A stretch of 64,000 bases of DNA from positions 867,571 through 931,570 of the forward strand of contig OZ245033.1 in assembly GCA_965224025.1 (NCBI GenBank), in the 5' to 3' direction. Positions 1-9,971 of this stretch are shown here, one piece after another. This stretch comes from Candidatus Multivorans sp. (GTDB taxonomy: Bacteria; Acidobacteriota; Thermoanaerobaculia; Multivoradales; Multivoraceae). Positions within the stretch are counted from its first letter, which is position 1, and each line of letters opens with the position of its first letter. The notes under the pieces were generated by a model. The model saw only the letters and a program-made list of their open reading frames with translations. It made no database searches and had not been told where the DNA came from. Both the position numbers and the translations under genes were made by a program.

Positions 1-1309
1 GACCCTGGTGCTGGTTCTTCTCCTTGCCGGGCATGGTGTTCGCCGTGTCGATCACTCCGCACATGTGCCAGCCGACGAAGTCGGGACGAGCGGTGGCGTT
101 CTCCATGAACTCTCGCGTCCAGAGGGCGCGCTCCGCCATGTCGCGCGCATGTTGTCCATGGGGATTGGGCATCGTCTCGGTCGGCGTGGTGTAGGCGGCG
201 TCGCCGTTGAGGAAGGGTTGCCCCACGACGTCCGTCAGCCGGTCCATCGTGTAGCGCTGACCCTCCCACCGGGCGTAGTGCTGGGTGTTCACGAGGTCGG
301 TGTAACGGCTGGTCACGCCAGCGATGGAGTCGAGCCCGTCCGTGTCGCCGTTGATCTTGTCGCCGAGGAAGAGGTGGTTCGGGTCGGCGCGGCGGAGGGC
401 GGCCCTGGCCACGGAGTAGTAGCGCTCGACGCAGAGCAGCAGGAACGCAGCGTTGTCACGGCGCTCAGCCTGGTTCAAGGGGCCTCGATCGGGTCGCCAG
501 TCTCTTGCGTTGAGCAGATCCGACCACGCGGCGAAGCGGGTGCCGTAGGTGGCGTTGAAGCCGGACACATCGCCATAGCGCTCGCGCATGCAGTCGACGT
601 AGGCCTGTTTGCCGGGCGCCTCGGCCGCGAAGTTGCGTAGCCGGCGGGGCCACGTGGTGCTGCCGTTCCACTCCGCCTCGTTGTCGGTCAAGGGAGGGCA
701 ATCGGCCATGCAGTACCCCAGCACCATGGGGTCGTCACGGTAGGGGGCGGCGACTTGCTGGGCCGTGCGCTCGCACAGCGCCTCGAACTCGGGGGCAAAG
801 ATGTCCGCGTAGGCATCGGGCTGGGGTTTGAGGTAGTGGGACAGCACCAGCGGCTCGAACGGAGCGACGAAGGGAAACCGGGCCTGCCCCGGCGGGTGAG
901 TGAGCATCGTGGCGTTCGTGTGAATGCCCAGGGTGTTGAGGCCCAGCCTTCGCAGATCGGCCAGGGCCGCCTCGCGGAACCCTCTGTTCCAGGTGGGGTC
1001 ATCCACCTTCCCCGCGCCGAATCGCCGCAGCCAGTAGTCGCGGTTGTAGTCCTGCGCCCACCAACCCGCGTGGTAGTGGTTGACGCCCCAACTGATGAAC
1101 GCGTGGCCTTCGGGAGTGACCAACCACCAGCGCCGCCCGTCGTGCTCCGTGCGGAAGAACCCGGTGGCGTCGAACTTGAGTCCAGTCCAGCCGCCGAAGC
1201 GGTCGCGGTCGACGTTGGGTTGAGCGGCCCAGGACCGCGGTCCAAGGCAAGCGCCAAGCGCAATGAGAGACGACTTGAGAAAGTCGCGGCGGGCAAGGGG
1301 AAGAAGCAT
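1..1309 (-). CDS. Secreted glycoside-hydrolase-like protein (partial; 3' end runs off the window)
   Basis: Absent from the ORF track because it has no stop in the window. My minus-strand translation from ATG at 1309 gives MLLPLARRDFLKSSLIALGACLG (twin-arginine signal). An unbroken frame then runs to nt 1 with hydrolase-like blocks (GVNHYHAGWW, LGLNTLGIHTN, LFLGDKING). Track ORFs 8..640, 688..1335 and 755..1768 are shadows of it. Confidence 0.6.
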   Translation of the reverse strand, partial: MLLPLARRDFLKSSLIALGACLGPRSWAAQPNVDRDRFGGWTGLKFDATGFFRTEHDGRRWWLVTPEGHAFISWGVNHYHAGWWAQDYNRDYWLRRFGAGKVDDPTWNRGFREAALADLRRLGLNTLGIHTNATMLTHPPGQARFPFVAPFEPLVLSHYLKPQPDAYADIFAPEFEALCERTAQQVAAPYRDDPMVLGYCMADCPPLTDNEAEWNGSTTWPRRLRNFAAEAPGKQAYVDCMRERYGDVSGFNATYGTRFAAWSDLLNARDWRPDRGPLNQAERRDNAAFLLLCVERYYSVARAALRRADPNHLFLGDKINGDTDGLDSIAGVTSRYTDLVNTQHYARWEGQRYTMDRLTDVVGQPFLNGDAAYTTPTETMPNPHGQHARDMAERALWTREFMENATARPDFVGWHMCGVIDTANTMPGKEKNQHQG

Positions 1310-1383
1310 GGCGCCCGATCGCAGAGGCGCTTCAACCGGCGCGAGGCCTTCGGCCCAGGCCGAGAGAGCGTTGGTGTCGAGAG

Positions 1384-1677
1384 TCAAGGAATGTCGCCGG
1401 GGTCGAGTTTCTCGAACTCCTCGTCGATCGCCTCGAGGACGATCCGGTGCTCATCGCCAAGGTCGGCAAGTTCTCCGAATCCCTGCATCCAGGGTGGATT
1501 CGGAGAGTTGGGGTCGCCGCGGTCCAGATGGGTATGGACCTGCGAACCGGAGGCGTGTCGACCGAGGTGCAGTTCGACGGCGTCAGTGAAGAAGCGCTTC
1601 AGGGTCATGCCGCGGCCCGCGGCGAAGGCCTTCGCGCGCCGGAAGGTCGTGTCGGGCAGCTCGATCGTGGTCTTCAT
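1384..1677 (-). CDS. Orphan VapB-type (RHH) antitoxin-like protein
   Basis: Internal start of ORF 1384..1716: MKTTIELPDTTFRRAKAFAAGRGMTLKRFF, with C-terminal IDEEFEKLDPGD, as in VapB-like antitoxins. No PIN-domain ORF follows (the next gene starts at 1309). Confidence 0.65.
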   Translation of the reverse strand: MKTTIELPDTTFRRAKAFAAGRGMTLKRFFTDAVELHLGRHASGSQVHTHLDRGDPNSPNPPWMQGFGELADLGDEHRIVLEAIDEEFEKLDPGDIP

Positions 1678-1875
1678 GGCCCCATATTGCCGTATGTGCG
1701 GGCTGTGGCCAGGCACGGGATCCGTGCTTTGCGCGTCTTGCGGGACCGAATCCGTCCTAGCCGTATAGAAGGGGAGGCTCCTTATGGATCTCGCGGTCAG
1801 TCACAACAGGGGCTGAACTCTTGGTTGACGAAGGGTTGCGGTTGACATATGGTTGCGCCCACGAGGAAGTAGTAC

Positions 1876-2364
1876 ATGCCCACGGAAACGGCGTTCCAGA
1901 GACTGCGCCCCGAAGAGGCGGCTGAACGCGTCTTCAGGGCCCGCGAACAGGACAGAGCGTGGCTCGACCGCTTTGCAGAGTGCCTCGCCGTCTACCGCGA
2001 GAGTCCGGGCGGAGCAGCAAGCCTCCCTGCTCGGCAACACGCTGCGGACCTGGTGCGCACGATCGGAGTGTGGCAACTCAGTCAGGCAAAGGCCGCCGCC
2101 CTGTTCGGCGTAAGCCGCCAGGCGTTCGCCAAGTGGCTGCAACGTGGCGTGCCGGCGGATCACGCCGTAGCCGTGGCGGACTTGAGGGCAGCCACCGATC
2201 TGCTGGAGCGCTATCTCAAGAGCGATCGGATACCCGCCGTGGTGCGCCGGCCGATACCGAAGCTCGACGGCGTCTCCCTGCTGGAGCTGCTGGGCCAAGG
2301 CGACACGAACCGGGTGCTGTCCGCATGCCGCGAGATGTTCGACTTCGAACGGGCGCACGGATGA
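1876..2364 (+). CDS. Xre-type antitoxin with DUF2384-like C-terminus (MbcA/ParS class)
   Basis: HTH-like WQLSQAKAAALFGVSRQAFAKWLQRG and C-terminal PKLDGVSLLELLGQGD. Its stop overlaps the next start (ATGA at 2361-2364). Confidence 0.8.
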   Translation: MPTETAFQRLRPEEAAERVFRAREQDRAWLDRFAECLAVYRESPGGAASLPARQHAADLVRTIGVWQLSQAKAAALFGVSRQAFAKWLQRGVPADHAVAVADLRAATDLLERYLKSDRIPAVVRRPIPKLDGVSLLELLGQGDTNRVLSACREMFDFERAHG

Positions 2365-2909
2365 CGCCCGACCTGGTCGTCGAGAGACTCCCCAACGATC
2401 ACTCTTGGTGGCGCATCGCCGACCCGACCTGGGCCGACCCGCTTGACTCCGGTTTCGCGCAACGGCGCGGCGGCCGGTGGAATCCGCCTGAGAGCTTCCC
2501 GACGCTCTATCTGAACGAAGACAGGGTTACGGCGCGCCTGAATCTCCGAACGTTCATCGACGGCTGGCCGTACGAGCCGGAAGAACTTCGGGAAGACAAC
2601 GGCCCGCTTCTGGTGGAATGCACGTTGCCGCGCCGGCAGTTCGTATGCGACATGCACACACCCGACGGTGTTCGCGCTGCCGGCATGCCCGCCACCTATC
2701 CGCTCGAGGGAGACGGCGCTGTGGTTGGGCACGACCGCTGCCAGCTCATCGGAAGGCGGGCCAAGGACCGGGGTTTACTCGGCGTCCGAGCGCGCTCGGC
2801 CCAGTCTCGGGGCGGCACGGGGCGGGAACTGGCATGGTTCCCGGCTTCCGTTCGCAGCCTCGCCCGACGGGTCGCTACATTGGCGTTTCCGATGTGGTTC
2901 TGGGGCTAG
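2361..2909 (+). CDS. RES-domain toxin (MbcT/ParT class)
   Basis: In the frame of ORF 1959..2909 from ATG 2361: MTPDLVVERLP..WWRIADPTWADPLDSGFAQRRGGRWNPPESFPTLYLNEDRVTA. Size and position downstream of the Xre/DUF2384 gene fit the RES toxin class. Confidence 0.8.
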   Translation: MTPDLVVERLPNDHSWWRIADPTWADPLDSGFAQRRGGRWNPPESFPTLYLNEDRVTARLNLRTFIDGWPYEPEELREDNGPLLVECTLPRRQFVCDMHTPDGVRAAGMPATYPLEGDGAVVGHDRCQLIGRRAKDRGLLGVRARSAQSRGGTGRELAWFPASVRSLARRVATLAFPMWFWG

Positions 2910-2925
2910 ACCTGCGGGATCGCGG

Positions 2926-4566
2926 CTACCGTACCAGCGCGTACAGCAGCACGAGAACACCGACCAGCCCCGCCGCCAACAGCCTCGGATCCAGTGCACC
3001 CCTGATCTCCGACCGGGCCAGGAACGCAAGCGGTGAGTCCCACGTCAGTCCGTCGACCTGCTCGGCCTTCGGGGGCGGCGTCGCCAGGCTGACGATCACG
3101 TAGACGACGCTCAGGATGCAGAAGTACCACCACGCCTGAAGCAGGAAGGGGATCCCCAGGCCGTTCACGGGATCGGAGACGTACTGGACGCCGCCGAGCC
3201 ACTCGAAGCCCATGTCGAACAGGAAGATGATGAAGCCGGCCAGGAAGCCGAAGAGCAGCGTGAAGGTGCCTGCCTGAGGGGTTCCGCGGCGCCAGAACAC
3301 GCCCCACAGCAGCACGGTGGCGATGGGGGGTGCGATGAACTGCGCCGGCATCTTGTTGATCGCTTCGAAAATGGAGCCGAACTTGTCGCCCTGGGTGGAC
3401 CAGGCGATCGCCACGGTCATGACGACGACCGAGCTGATCCGCCCGATGCGGACCTGCGACGATTCCGACAGGCCGGGTCGGAAGTGCTTGGCGATGTCCA
3501 CGGCGACCAGGGTGCCCGTGCTGTTCACGGCGGCGGCGATGGTGCTCATCAGCGCCGCGAGCAGCGCCGCAGCCATGATGCCGATGAGCCCGGTGGGCAG
3601 CAGCTCGGTGATCAGGGTGGGCAGGGCGTCGGTCGGCTCGGCGATGATGTCGCGGAAGAGGACGTAGGCCAGCACTCCCGGCAGGACCATGAAGAACGGC
3701 GGCAGGATCTTGAGCAACGAGGCGAAGAGCGCGCCGTGCTGCGCGTCGCGCAGGGTCCCTGCTCCGAGCACCCTTTGCACGATGGTCTGGTCGGTACACC
3801 AGTACCAGAGGCCGAGGATCGGGAAGCCCAGCAGGAAGCCGTACCAGACCGACCCGGGATCGAAGCCCTCCTCGCCCGGGACGTGAATCATGCTGAGTTG
3901 ATTCGGCTTCGTCGCCTCCAGAAGATCGGCGTATGAGTCGATCCCCACTCCCGGCAGCCTGGTGAGGGCGATCACGGTGATCAGGACGGCGCCGCCTAGC
4001 AGGATGACGGTCTGGAGGGTCTCCGTGACGACGACCGCCCGCAGGCCGCCGACGGCCGTGTAGATCACCGTGATGATCGAGATCATCGCGATGGACGCCA
4101 GGGGCGGAATGCCGAAGAACCGCTCGAACACCGCCGCGCCCGCGTACAGGCTGATGCCGATGTGGATCAGCATCGCCGACATGATGAACATGAAGGAGAG
4201 CGTGGTCCTGGCGGCCGGGCTGTAGCGCCGCTCCATGAACTCGGGCAGCGTCGTGATCCGGCTCCGGAAGTAGATGGGCACGAAGACGAGGCTGAGCAGG
4301 ATGATCGTGAAGCAGGCCATCCACTCGAAGTTCCCGACCACCATGCCGATTCCGAAGCCGCTCTCCGCGAGCCCGACCAGGTGGATGGTCGAGATGTTCG
4401 AGGCGAAGAGCGCGGCGCCGACGACCGGCCACTTCAGGTTGCGGTTGGCGAGGAAGTACGACTCGCTGGTATGCCGCTTGATCTTGCGCACCGACCACAG
4501 GCCGACGAACAGGATGCCCAGCAGGTAGACGACGATGACGAGGAGGTCGACGGGCGCGATGGTCAT
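2926..4566 (-). CDS. Sodium:solute symporter family transporter
   Basis: 546-aa polytopic ORF with an SSF-like block (GGLRAVVVTETLQT) and many TM segments. The overlapping 706-aa ORF 2906..5026 is a proline/arginine-rich shadow. Confidence 0.9.
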   Translation of the reverse strand: MTIAPVDLLVIVVYLLGILFVGLWSVRKIKRHTSESYFLANRNLKWPVVGAALFASNISTIHLVGLAESGFGIGMVVGNFEWMACFTIILLSLVFVPIYFRSRITTLPEFMERRYSPAARTTLSFMFIMSAMLIHIGISLYAGAAVFERFFGIPPLASIAMISIITVIYTAVGGLRAVVVTETLQTVILLGGAVLITVIALTRLPGVGIDSYADLLEATKPNQLSMIHVPGEEGFDPGSVWYGFLLGFPILGLWYWCTDQTIVQRVLGAGTLRDAQHGALFASLLKILPPFFMVLPGVLAYVLFRDIIAEPTDALPTLITELLPTGLIGIMAAALLAALMSTIAAAVNSTGTLVAVDIAKHFRPGLSESSQVRIGRISSVVVMTVAIAWSTQGDKFGSIFEAINKMPAQFIAPPIATVLLWGVFWRRGTPQAGTFTLLFGFLAGFIIFLFDMGFEWLGGVQYVSDPVNGLGIPFLLQAWWYFCILSVVYVIVSLATPPPKAEQVDGLTWDSPLAFLARSEIRGALDPRLLAAGLVGVLVLLYALVR

Positions 4567-4599
4567 TTGGGATCGGGGCCGGGCGTGGCGCCCGCGGGC

Positions 4600-6027
4600 T
4601 CAAACGATGATGTCGTCGACGACCAGGCCTTCGACGTCGGTCAGGCGGAAGTCGCGTCCCTGGGCGCGGTACGTCAGCCGCTCGTGGTCGAGGCCCAGCA
4701 GATGCAGGATCGTGGCGTGGAGATCGTGGATGTGGACCTTGTCCTCGATGGCGTAATAGCCGTAGTCGTCGGTGCGGCCGTGGCTGTGGCCGGGTTTTGT
4801 GCCGCCGCCGGCCATGAACATGGTGTAGCCGTGGGGATTGTGGTCGCGGCCGTTGCGAGCCCCGGCCTCGGCGCCGGGAGTGCGCCCGAACTCGCCGCCC
4901 CAGAGCACCAGGGTCTCCTCCAGCAGTCCCCGTGACTTGAGGTCCTTGATCAGGCCCGCCACCGGGCGGTCGACCTCGGCGCAGCTCTGCGGCAGTCCGG
5001 TGATGAGGCCCGAGTGGTGGTCCCACTTGGAGTCCGGACCGTGGGTCGCCTGCACGAAGCGCACGCCCGATTCCGAGAAGCGGCGCGCGAGCAGGCAGCG
5101 GAGCCCGAAGTTCCGGGTCACCGGGTCGTCGAGCCCGTAGAGGCGTCGCGTGGCCTCGGACTCGCCCTCGATGCTCATCAGCTCGGGCGCCTCGGTCTGC
5201 ATGCGGAAGGCCAGCTCGAAGGACTCGATGCGGCCCTCAAGCGCCTGGTCGGGGCCGGTCTGCTCGAGCTGACGCCGCTGCCAGCGCTGCAGGAGATCGA
5301 GTTCGCTTCGCTGGACCGCCGGCGACACCGACTCGTTGTCGAGGAAGTCGATCGTCGCGTCCTCCGTCTTCATCCGGGTCGTGCCGATCGCCGTGCCGTT
5401 GTAGGCGGCGGGCAGGAAGGCCGACGAGTAGTTCTGCACGCCGCCGTGCTGGTACGAGGGGCAGATCGTGATGAAGCCGGGCAGGTTCTCGTTCTCGGTG
5501 CCGAGGCCATACGCGATCCACGAGCCCATCGACGGGCGCACGAAGCGGTCGCTGCCCGTGTTCATCGCCAGGATGGCGCCGCCGTGGGCGGCGTTGGTGC
5601 CCCACATCGAGCGGATGAAACAGAGATCGTCGACCACGGAGGCGATGTTGGGCATCAGCTCGCTCACCCAGGCGCCGGACTGGCCGTGCTGCTTGAACTC
5701 CCAGGGGCTCTTGAACAGGTTGCCGGTCTCGTTGAACTGCACGCGGGGCTTGGCGAAGGGCAGCGGCTTGTTGTCGTCGCGGATGAGAAGCGGCTTGTAC
5801 TCGAAAAGGTCGTGCTGCGACGGCCCGCCGTGCATGTGCAGGAAGATGATCCGCTTGGCCTTCGGCGCGAAGTGCGGTGGACGGGGCGCCAGCGGGTTGC
5901 CGGGCTCGGCGGCCAGCAGGTCGCGCTGCAGCAGGGAAGAGAGCGCCAGGCCGCCGAAGCCGCAGCCGCAGGTCTTCAGCATCTGGCGGCGGGTGAGGGG
6001 CGGCGCCTGGTAGTGGGGGTGACGCAT
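4600..6027 (-). CDS. DUF1501 (sulfatase-fold) protein with Tat signal
   Basis: RRQMLKTCGCGFGGLA signal plus HGGPSQHDLFEYKP, LVLWGGEFGRTP and GRDHNPHGYTMFMAGGG. Confidence 0.9.
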   Translation of the reverse strand: MRHPHYQAPPLTRRQMLKTCGCGFGGLALSSLLQRDLLAAEPGNPLAPRPPHFAPKAKRIIFLHMHGGPSQHDLFEYKPLLIRDDNKPLPFAKPRVQFNETGNLFKSPWEFKQHGQSGAWVSELMPNIASVVDDLCFIRSMWGTNAAHGGAILAMNTGSDRFVRPSMGSWIAYGLGTENENLPGFITICPSYQHGGVQNYSSAFLPAAYNGTAIGTTRMKTEDATIDFLDNESVSPAVQRSELDLLQRWQRRQLEQTGPDQALEGRIESFELAFRMQTEAPELMSIEGESEATRRLYGLDDPVTRNFGLRCLLARRFSESGVRFVQATHGPDSKWDHHSGLITGLPQSCAEVDRPVAGLIKDLKSRGLLEETLVLWGGEFGRTPGAEAGARNGRDHNPHGYTMFMAGGGTKPGHSHGRTDDYGYYAIEDKVHIHDLHATILHLLGLDHERLTYRAQGRDFRLTDVEGLVVDDIIV

Positions 6028-6037
6028 CGTCTGAAAC

Positions 6038-9019
6038 CTAGTTGAGGTAGATGAACTCGCTCGCCGCCAGGATGACGTGGCAGAGCCTCGTCCAGGCGTA
6101 GATCTCCGCTTCGTCCGCCGGCCCTTGCGGACGCATCTCGTCGAGGAAGGCGAGGCCGTCGGCGACCTCGGCGGGGTCGGCGGGGCGCCCGTAGGCGCGG
6201 ACGAACGCGGTGTCGATGCGATCCGCGGCGCTCGCCTCTTCGAGCTCCAGGAGTTGCCGGGCGAAGCCGAGCGCGGCCTTCTCGACGAAGGGGCTGTTCA
6301 TCATCAGGAGCGCCTGCCGCGGCAGAACCGTCTCGGATCGATCGCCGACTGAGTCGCTGGCGTCGCCGAAATCGAAGCCGCCGAAGATCCTGTAGATCGC
6401 GTTGCGTACCACCGGCATGTAGATCGAGCGCCGCGGCGCGTCGTAGAAGTCGACCTGGCCGAGGGTGCCGCCTTCGCCGAAGACGTAGCCCCTCGGGTTG
6501 TACTCCTCGACCCGTCCGCCGATCGTCAGATCGAGGCGGCCGGCGAGCTGCAGCAGGGTGTCGCGAATCGGCTCTATCTCGAGGCGCCGCCGGTTCATGC
6601 GCCAGAGCAGGAGGTTCTCCTCGTCGACGGCGGCGTTTGCCGCGTCGTAGTCGGTCGACAACCGATACGTGCTCGACAGCATGATGTCGCGGTGCAGGTT
6701 CTTGAGCGACCAGCCGCCTTCGACGAAGCGGCGCGCCAGCCAGTCGAGAAGCTGGGGATGGCTGGGAGCGCTGCCGATGGCGCCGAAGTTGCTCGGCGTG
6801 TCGACGATGCCGCGGCCGAAGTGCCAGCGCCAGACGCGGTTGACGATGACCCGTGCGGTGAGCGGGTGCTCGGGGTGGGTGATCCAGCGCGCCAGTTCGA
6901 GCCGCCCGCTGGCGCCGCCTGCCACCGGTGGTGGCGGCACGAGGTGGTCGGTGACCTTCAGGAATCCGCGCGGCTCCGGTTTCTCGGCGAGGTTCAGGTG
7001 GCTGCCGCGGATGTGAACCGGCAGATCGACGATGTCCGCCTCGTCCACCGCCATGGCGTACGGCGGCGCGGGCGGCGAGGCTCCTTCAAGTTGTTCGACC
7101 TCGGCGCGCAACTCGGCGAGCCGCTCCAGCGCCTCCGGCGGGTAGAGCTTCTCCTCCTCTTCCTGGTCGAGGCAGGGAATGCAGAAGTAGCCGCCGTAAA
7201 CCAGCCATCGCAACTCCTCCTGCTCGCGCGGCAGCCTGAAGTCCGAGAGCGCAAGGTCGTCCTCGTCCTTGAGCCCGAGTCGCATCAGGTGCTCTTCCCA
7301 GGCGATCTCGATCGTCGCGAAGAGGCTCGCGTAGCGCCAGGCGACCTCCTCCAGGGTCTTTGGCGCCGGCCCGCGGACGAGGCCGCGGGTCAGGGGCGCC
7401 GTCAGCACCTTCTCCGAGGCGATGATCGCCCGTAGATCCTCGGTCACCTGCTCGTAGCGATCGGGCGAGGCGGCGGCGTAGGCGTTCCAGATCACGAAGA
7501 CGGTGCTCGGGCTCGGGGCATCGCCCTCGACCGGCGGGCCCTCCCGGTACCGGTAGAAGGCCCTGACCCAGCGCTCCAGGACGGCCGGCTCCAGTCCCCG
7601 GCCCCCGGCGACGCGGCGAAACGTCTCTCTGGCCTTCTCCTGCTTCGCCTCGTCCTCGCTCCAGCTCGGGTAGACCTCCTCGGCGGCCAGCAGATACTCG
7701 GCGAGCGCCGCCCGTCGAGGCCGCCGCAGGATCTCGTTCTGTTCGTCGACCACTTCGTCGACCTTCGCTTGCGCTTCGGCAACGAGCTTCTGCGCCGCCT
7801 CGTACCGGGCGAGCGTCTCTTCCGGGACCAGCGGCCGCTCCAGCCAGCGCATGCCGGCGGCGTCGCTCATCGTCGCGGTCGAGCGCAGGACGCCGGCCAT
7901 CGCGTAGTAGTCGGCCGTGGGGATGGGGTCGAACTTGTGGTCGTGGCAGCGGGCACAGCCGACCGGCAGGGCGAGAAAGGCGCGGCCCACGGTGTTGACC
8001 TGCTCGTCGACGATGTCGATCAGCATCTTGTCGACGTCCTGTTCCGCGAGCACCTTGGGTCCCAGCATCAGAAAGCCGGTCCCGGTGATCTGCTCGAAGC
8101 GCTGGGCCTCGGTCTCCGCCGGCATCAGGTCGCCGGCGATCTGTTCGTGGACGAAGCGGTTGAAGGGCTTGTCGCGGTTGAGCGAGTCGACGACGTAGTC
8201 GCGATAGCGGAACGCGTTGCGGAAGGCGATGTTCTCGTCGAGGCCGTTCGAGTCGGCGTAGCGGGCGATGTCGAGCCAGTGGCGGCCCCAGCGCTCGCCG
8301 TAGTGCGGAGATGCGAGGAGGCGGTCGACGACCCGGGCGAAGGCGTCGGGGTCCTGGTCGGCGAGGAAGTCCTCGATCTCGGCTTCGGACGGCGCCAGGC
8401 CGATGAGATCGAAGGTGGCGCGGCGCAGCAGGGTGCGCTTGTCGGCCGCGGCCACGGGCGCAAGGTCCTTCTTCTCGAGTCGCGCCAGGATGAAACGGTC
8501 GAGGGGATGGCTGATCCACGCCTCGTTCTCGACCTCGGGCGGTGCAGGGTCTTCGACCCGGCGGTAGGCCCAGTGCTCGCGGCCGGCGGTGTAGTCGAAC
8601 GACTCGGCCGTTCTGGGCGCAACCACCGTCTGCTCGGCGCCGGTCCGCGGGTCGGGTGCGCCGCGGCGGATCCACTGCTCGAAGTCGGCGATCACCTGCT
8701 CCGGCAGCTTGCCGTCGGGCGGCATCTGGGTGAGCTCCTCGTAGTGGAGCGCTTCGATGAGCAGGCTGTCCTCGGGCGAACCGGGCACGATCACGGCGCC
8801 GCTGTCGCCGCCGGCGCGCAGTCCATCGGCATCGAGCAGGGCCAGCCCACCGCGGATCTTCTTCGGATCGCCGCCGTGACACTCGTAGCAGCGCTCGACC
8901 AGGACCGGCCGGATCTTCGACTCGAAGAACTCGAGATCGGCGGGGTCGGTCTCAGCGGCGCCGGCGACCGTGCCGACCGCCGCCAGCCAGGCCAAAACGA
9001 AGGACGCAGCGCGAGTCAT
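6038..9019 (-). CDS. PSCyt/PSD-domain protein (DUF1549/DUF1553, planctomycete cytochrome-c-like)
   Basis: Signal peptide, CYECHG, SPHYGERWGRHWLDIARYADSNG and CARCHDHKFDPI. This is the canonical partner of the adjacent DUF1501 gene. Confidence 0.9.
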   Translation of the reverse strand: MTRAASFVLAWLAAVGTVAGAAETDPADLEFFESKIRPVLVERCYECHGGDPKKIRGGLALLDADGLRAGGDSGAVIVPGSPEDSLLIEALHYEELTQMPPDGKLPEQVIADFEQWIRRGAPDPRTGAEQTVVAPRTAESFDYTAGREHWAYRRVEDPAPPEVENEAWISHPLDRFILARLEKKDLAPVAAADKRTLLRRATFDLIGLAPSEAEIEDFLADQDPDAFARVVDRLLASPHYGERWGRHWLDIARYADSNGLDENIAFRNAFRYRDYVVDSLNRDKPFNRFVHEQIAGDLMPAETEAQRFEQITGTGFLMLGPKVLAEQDVDKMLIDIVDEQVNTVGRAFLALPVGCARCHDHKFDPIPTADYYAMAGVLRSTATMSDAAGMRWLERPLVPEETLARYEAAQKLVAEAQAKVDEVVDEQNEILRRPRRAALAEYLLAAEEVYPSWSEDEAKQEKARETFRRVAGGRGLEPAVLERWVRAFYRYREGPPVEGDAPSPSTVFVIWNAYAAASPDRYEQVTEDLRAIIASEKVLTAPLTRGLVRGPAPKTLEEVAWRYASLFATIEIAWEEHLMRLGLKDEDDLALSDFRLPREQEELRWLVYGGYFCIPCLDQEEEEKLYPPEALERLAELRAEVEQLEGASPPAPPYAMAVDEADIVDLPVHIRGSHLNLAEKPEPRGFLKVTDHLVPPPPVAGGASGRLELARWITHPEHPLTARVIVNRVWRWHFGRGIVDTPSNFGAIGSAPSHPQLLDWLARRFVEGGWSLKNLHRDIMLSSTYRLSTDYDAANAAVDEENLLLWRMNRRRLEIEPIRDTLLQLAGRLDLTIGGRVEEYNPRGYVFGEGGTLGQVDFYDAPRRSIYMPVVRNAIYRIFGGFDFGDASDSVGDRSETVLPRQALLMMNSPFVEKAALGFARQLLELEEASAADRIDTAFVRAYGRPADPAEVADGLAFLDEMRPQGPADEAEIYAWTRLCHVILAASEFIYLN

Positions 9020-9297
9020 GGGAGTCTCTGAAGTGGACGGTGGAGTTTACTTGATCGACGACCCGCTCAGGCGTCCGCCCGGCCCCCGGGAAGGTACGCT
9101 CGGGCCTTCCGAAAAGGAACCGCGTGCCTTCCACGTCAACGACGAGTTCTGTGCTCCGCACATGGTGCCGCTCAGGCCATGTGGAAGCAGGTTCATCCTT
9201 GGCGGTCGAAATTCTCTAAGCCGCCGCTGTACTGGCACTACATCCCGCGAGAAGTGATGGAGCAGTTTAGGTAGCTGGAATCCCCGCTACGTACCGG

Positions 9298-9971
9298 ATG
9301 GCAAAGATGGGCTGTAGCGGCGGAGGTCACATGACGAACAAGATCATCACCCACGCCGATCGGTTCAAGGCCGCGTCGTCAGGCGCCGGTGCAGTGAACC
9401 CGGGTGGCGCGGGTCGCGCCACCCGCGAACCACTGCGGCCGCGAGTTGACGAGCGCACGGATGACACTGGATCTCGATGTACGGTCAGAGCGACGCGCGG
9501 AGCTACCGCACGCCCTGGTTCGGGGGGACGCCGTGGGAGGAGGACGCCCCGAACGGCGTCTACTGGGAGAACTCGCCGCTCAAGGACATCTACAAGGTGA
9601 CGACTCCGACGCTCGTCCTGGTAGGCGAGAACGATGTCCGCGTACCGCCGCCCCAGTCGGTGGAGCTGTACCGGGCCTTGAAGGCGAACGGCGTGGACAC
9701 ACATCTCTACATTGCCCCGCGCGAACCCCACGGCTGGGGCGAACTCCGCCACGAGCTCTTCAAGGTCAACGTGGAGATCGACTGGTTCGAGCGCCACGTC
9801 CGGGGCATCGAGTACGAGTGGGAGACCGGTCCGGGAGACGACCGCGTTTCTGTTCTCGGGGATACCGCTGCGGAGCATTGCTTCGCCGACGGCATGGGCG
9901 GACGTCTGGGCAGCGTACTGCGTGTACGACGATGCCTACACCGATCGACGGACGTTCGGCTTCAACTGTGA
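9298..9971 (+). pseudogene. Remnant of an S9 (prolyl-oligopeptidase-type) serine peptidase: N-terminally truncated and frame-broken
   Basis: Frame 1 reads MGCSGGGHMTNKIITHADRFKAASSGAGAVN (GxSxG nucleophile elbow). The sequence resumes in another frame as HWISMYGQSDARSYRTPWFGGTPWEE..TPTLVLVGENDVRVPPPQS..PREPHGW..WFERH. No upstream propeller or N-terminal part is present. Confidence 0.7.
9396..9464. repeat. REP/MITE-like element, family B copy (inside the S9 remnant)
   Basis: GAACCCGGGTGGCGCG-GGT-CGCGCCACCCGCGAACC hairpin module matching 50257.. and 12504... It lies exactly between the two peptidase reading frames. Confidence 0.7.

Noticed and set aside
2906-5026. Very long ORFs such as 2906..5026 (706 aa), 7086..8882 (598 aa), 25764..27566 (600 aa), 28375..30198 (607 aa), 28878..30821 (647 aa), 51061..53556 (831 aa) and 57705..60371 (888 aa).
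   Set aside because: They are Arg/Pro/Gly/Ala-rich with no motifs. They overlap or lie antisense to genes with clear family signatures, which is typical shadow-ORF behaviour in high-GC DNA.
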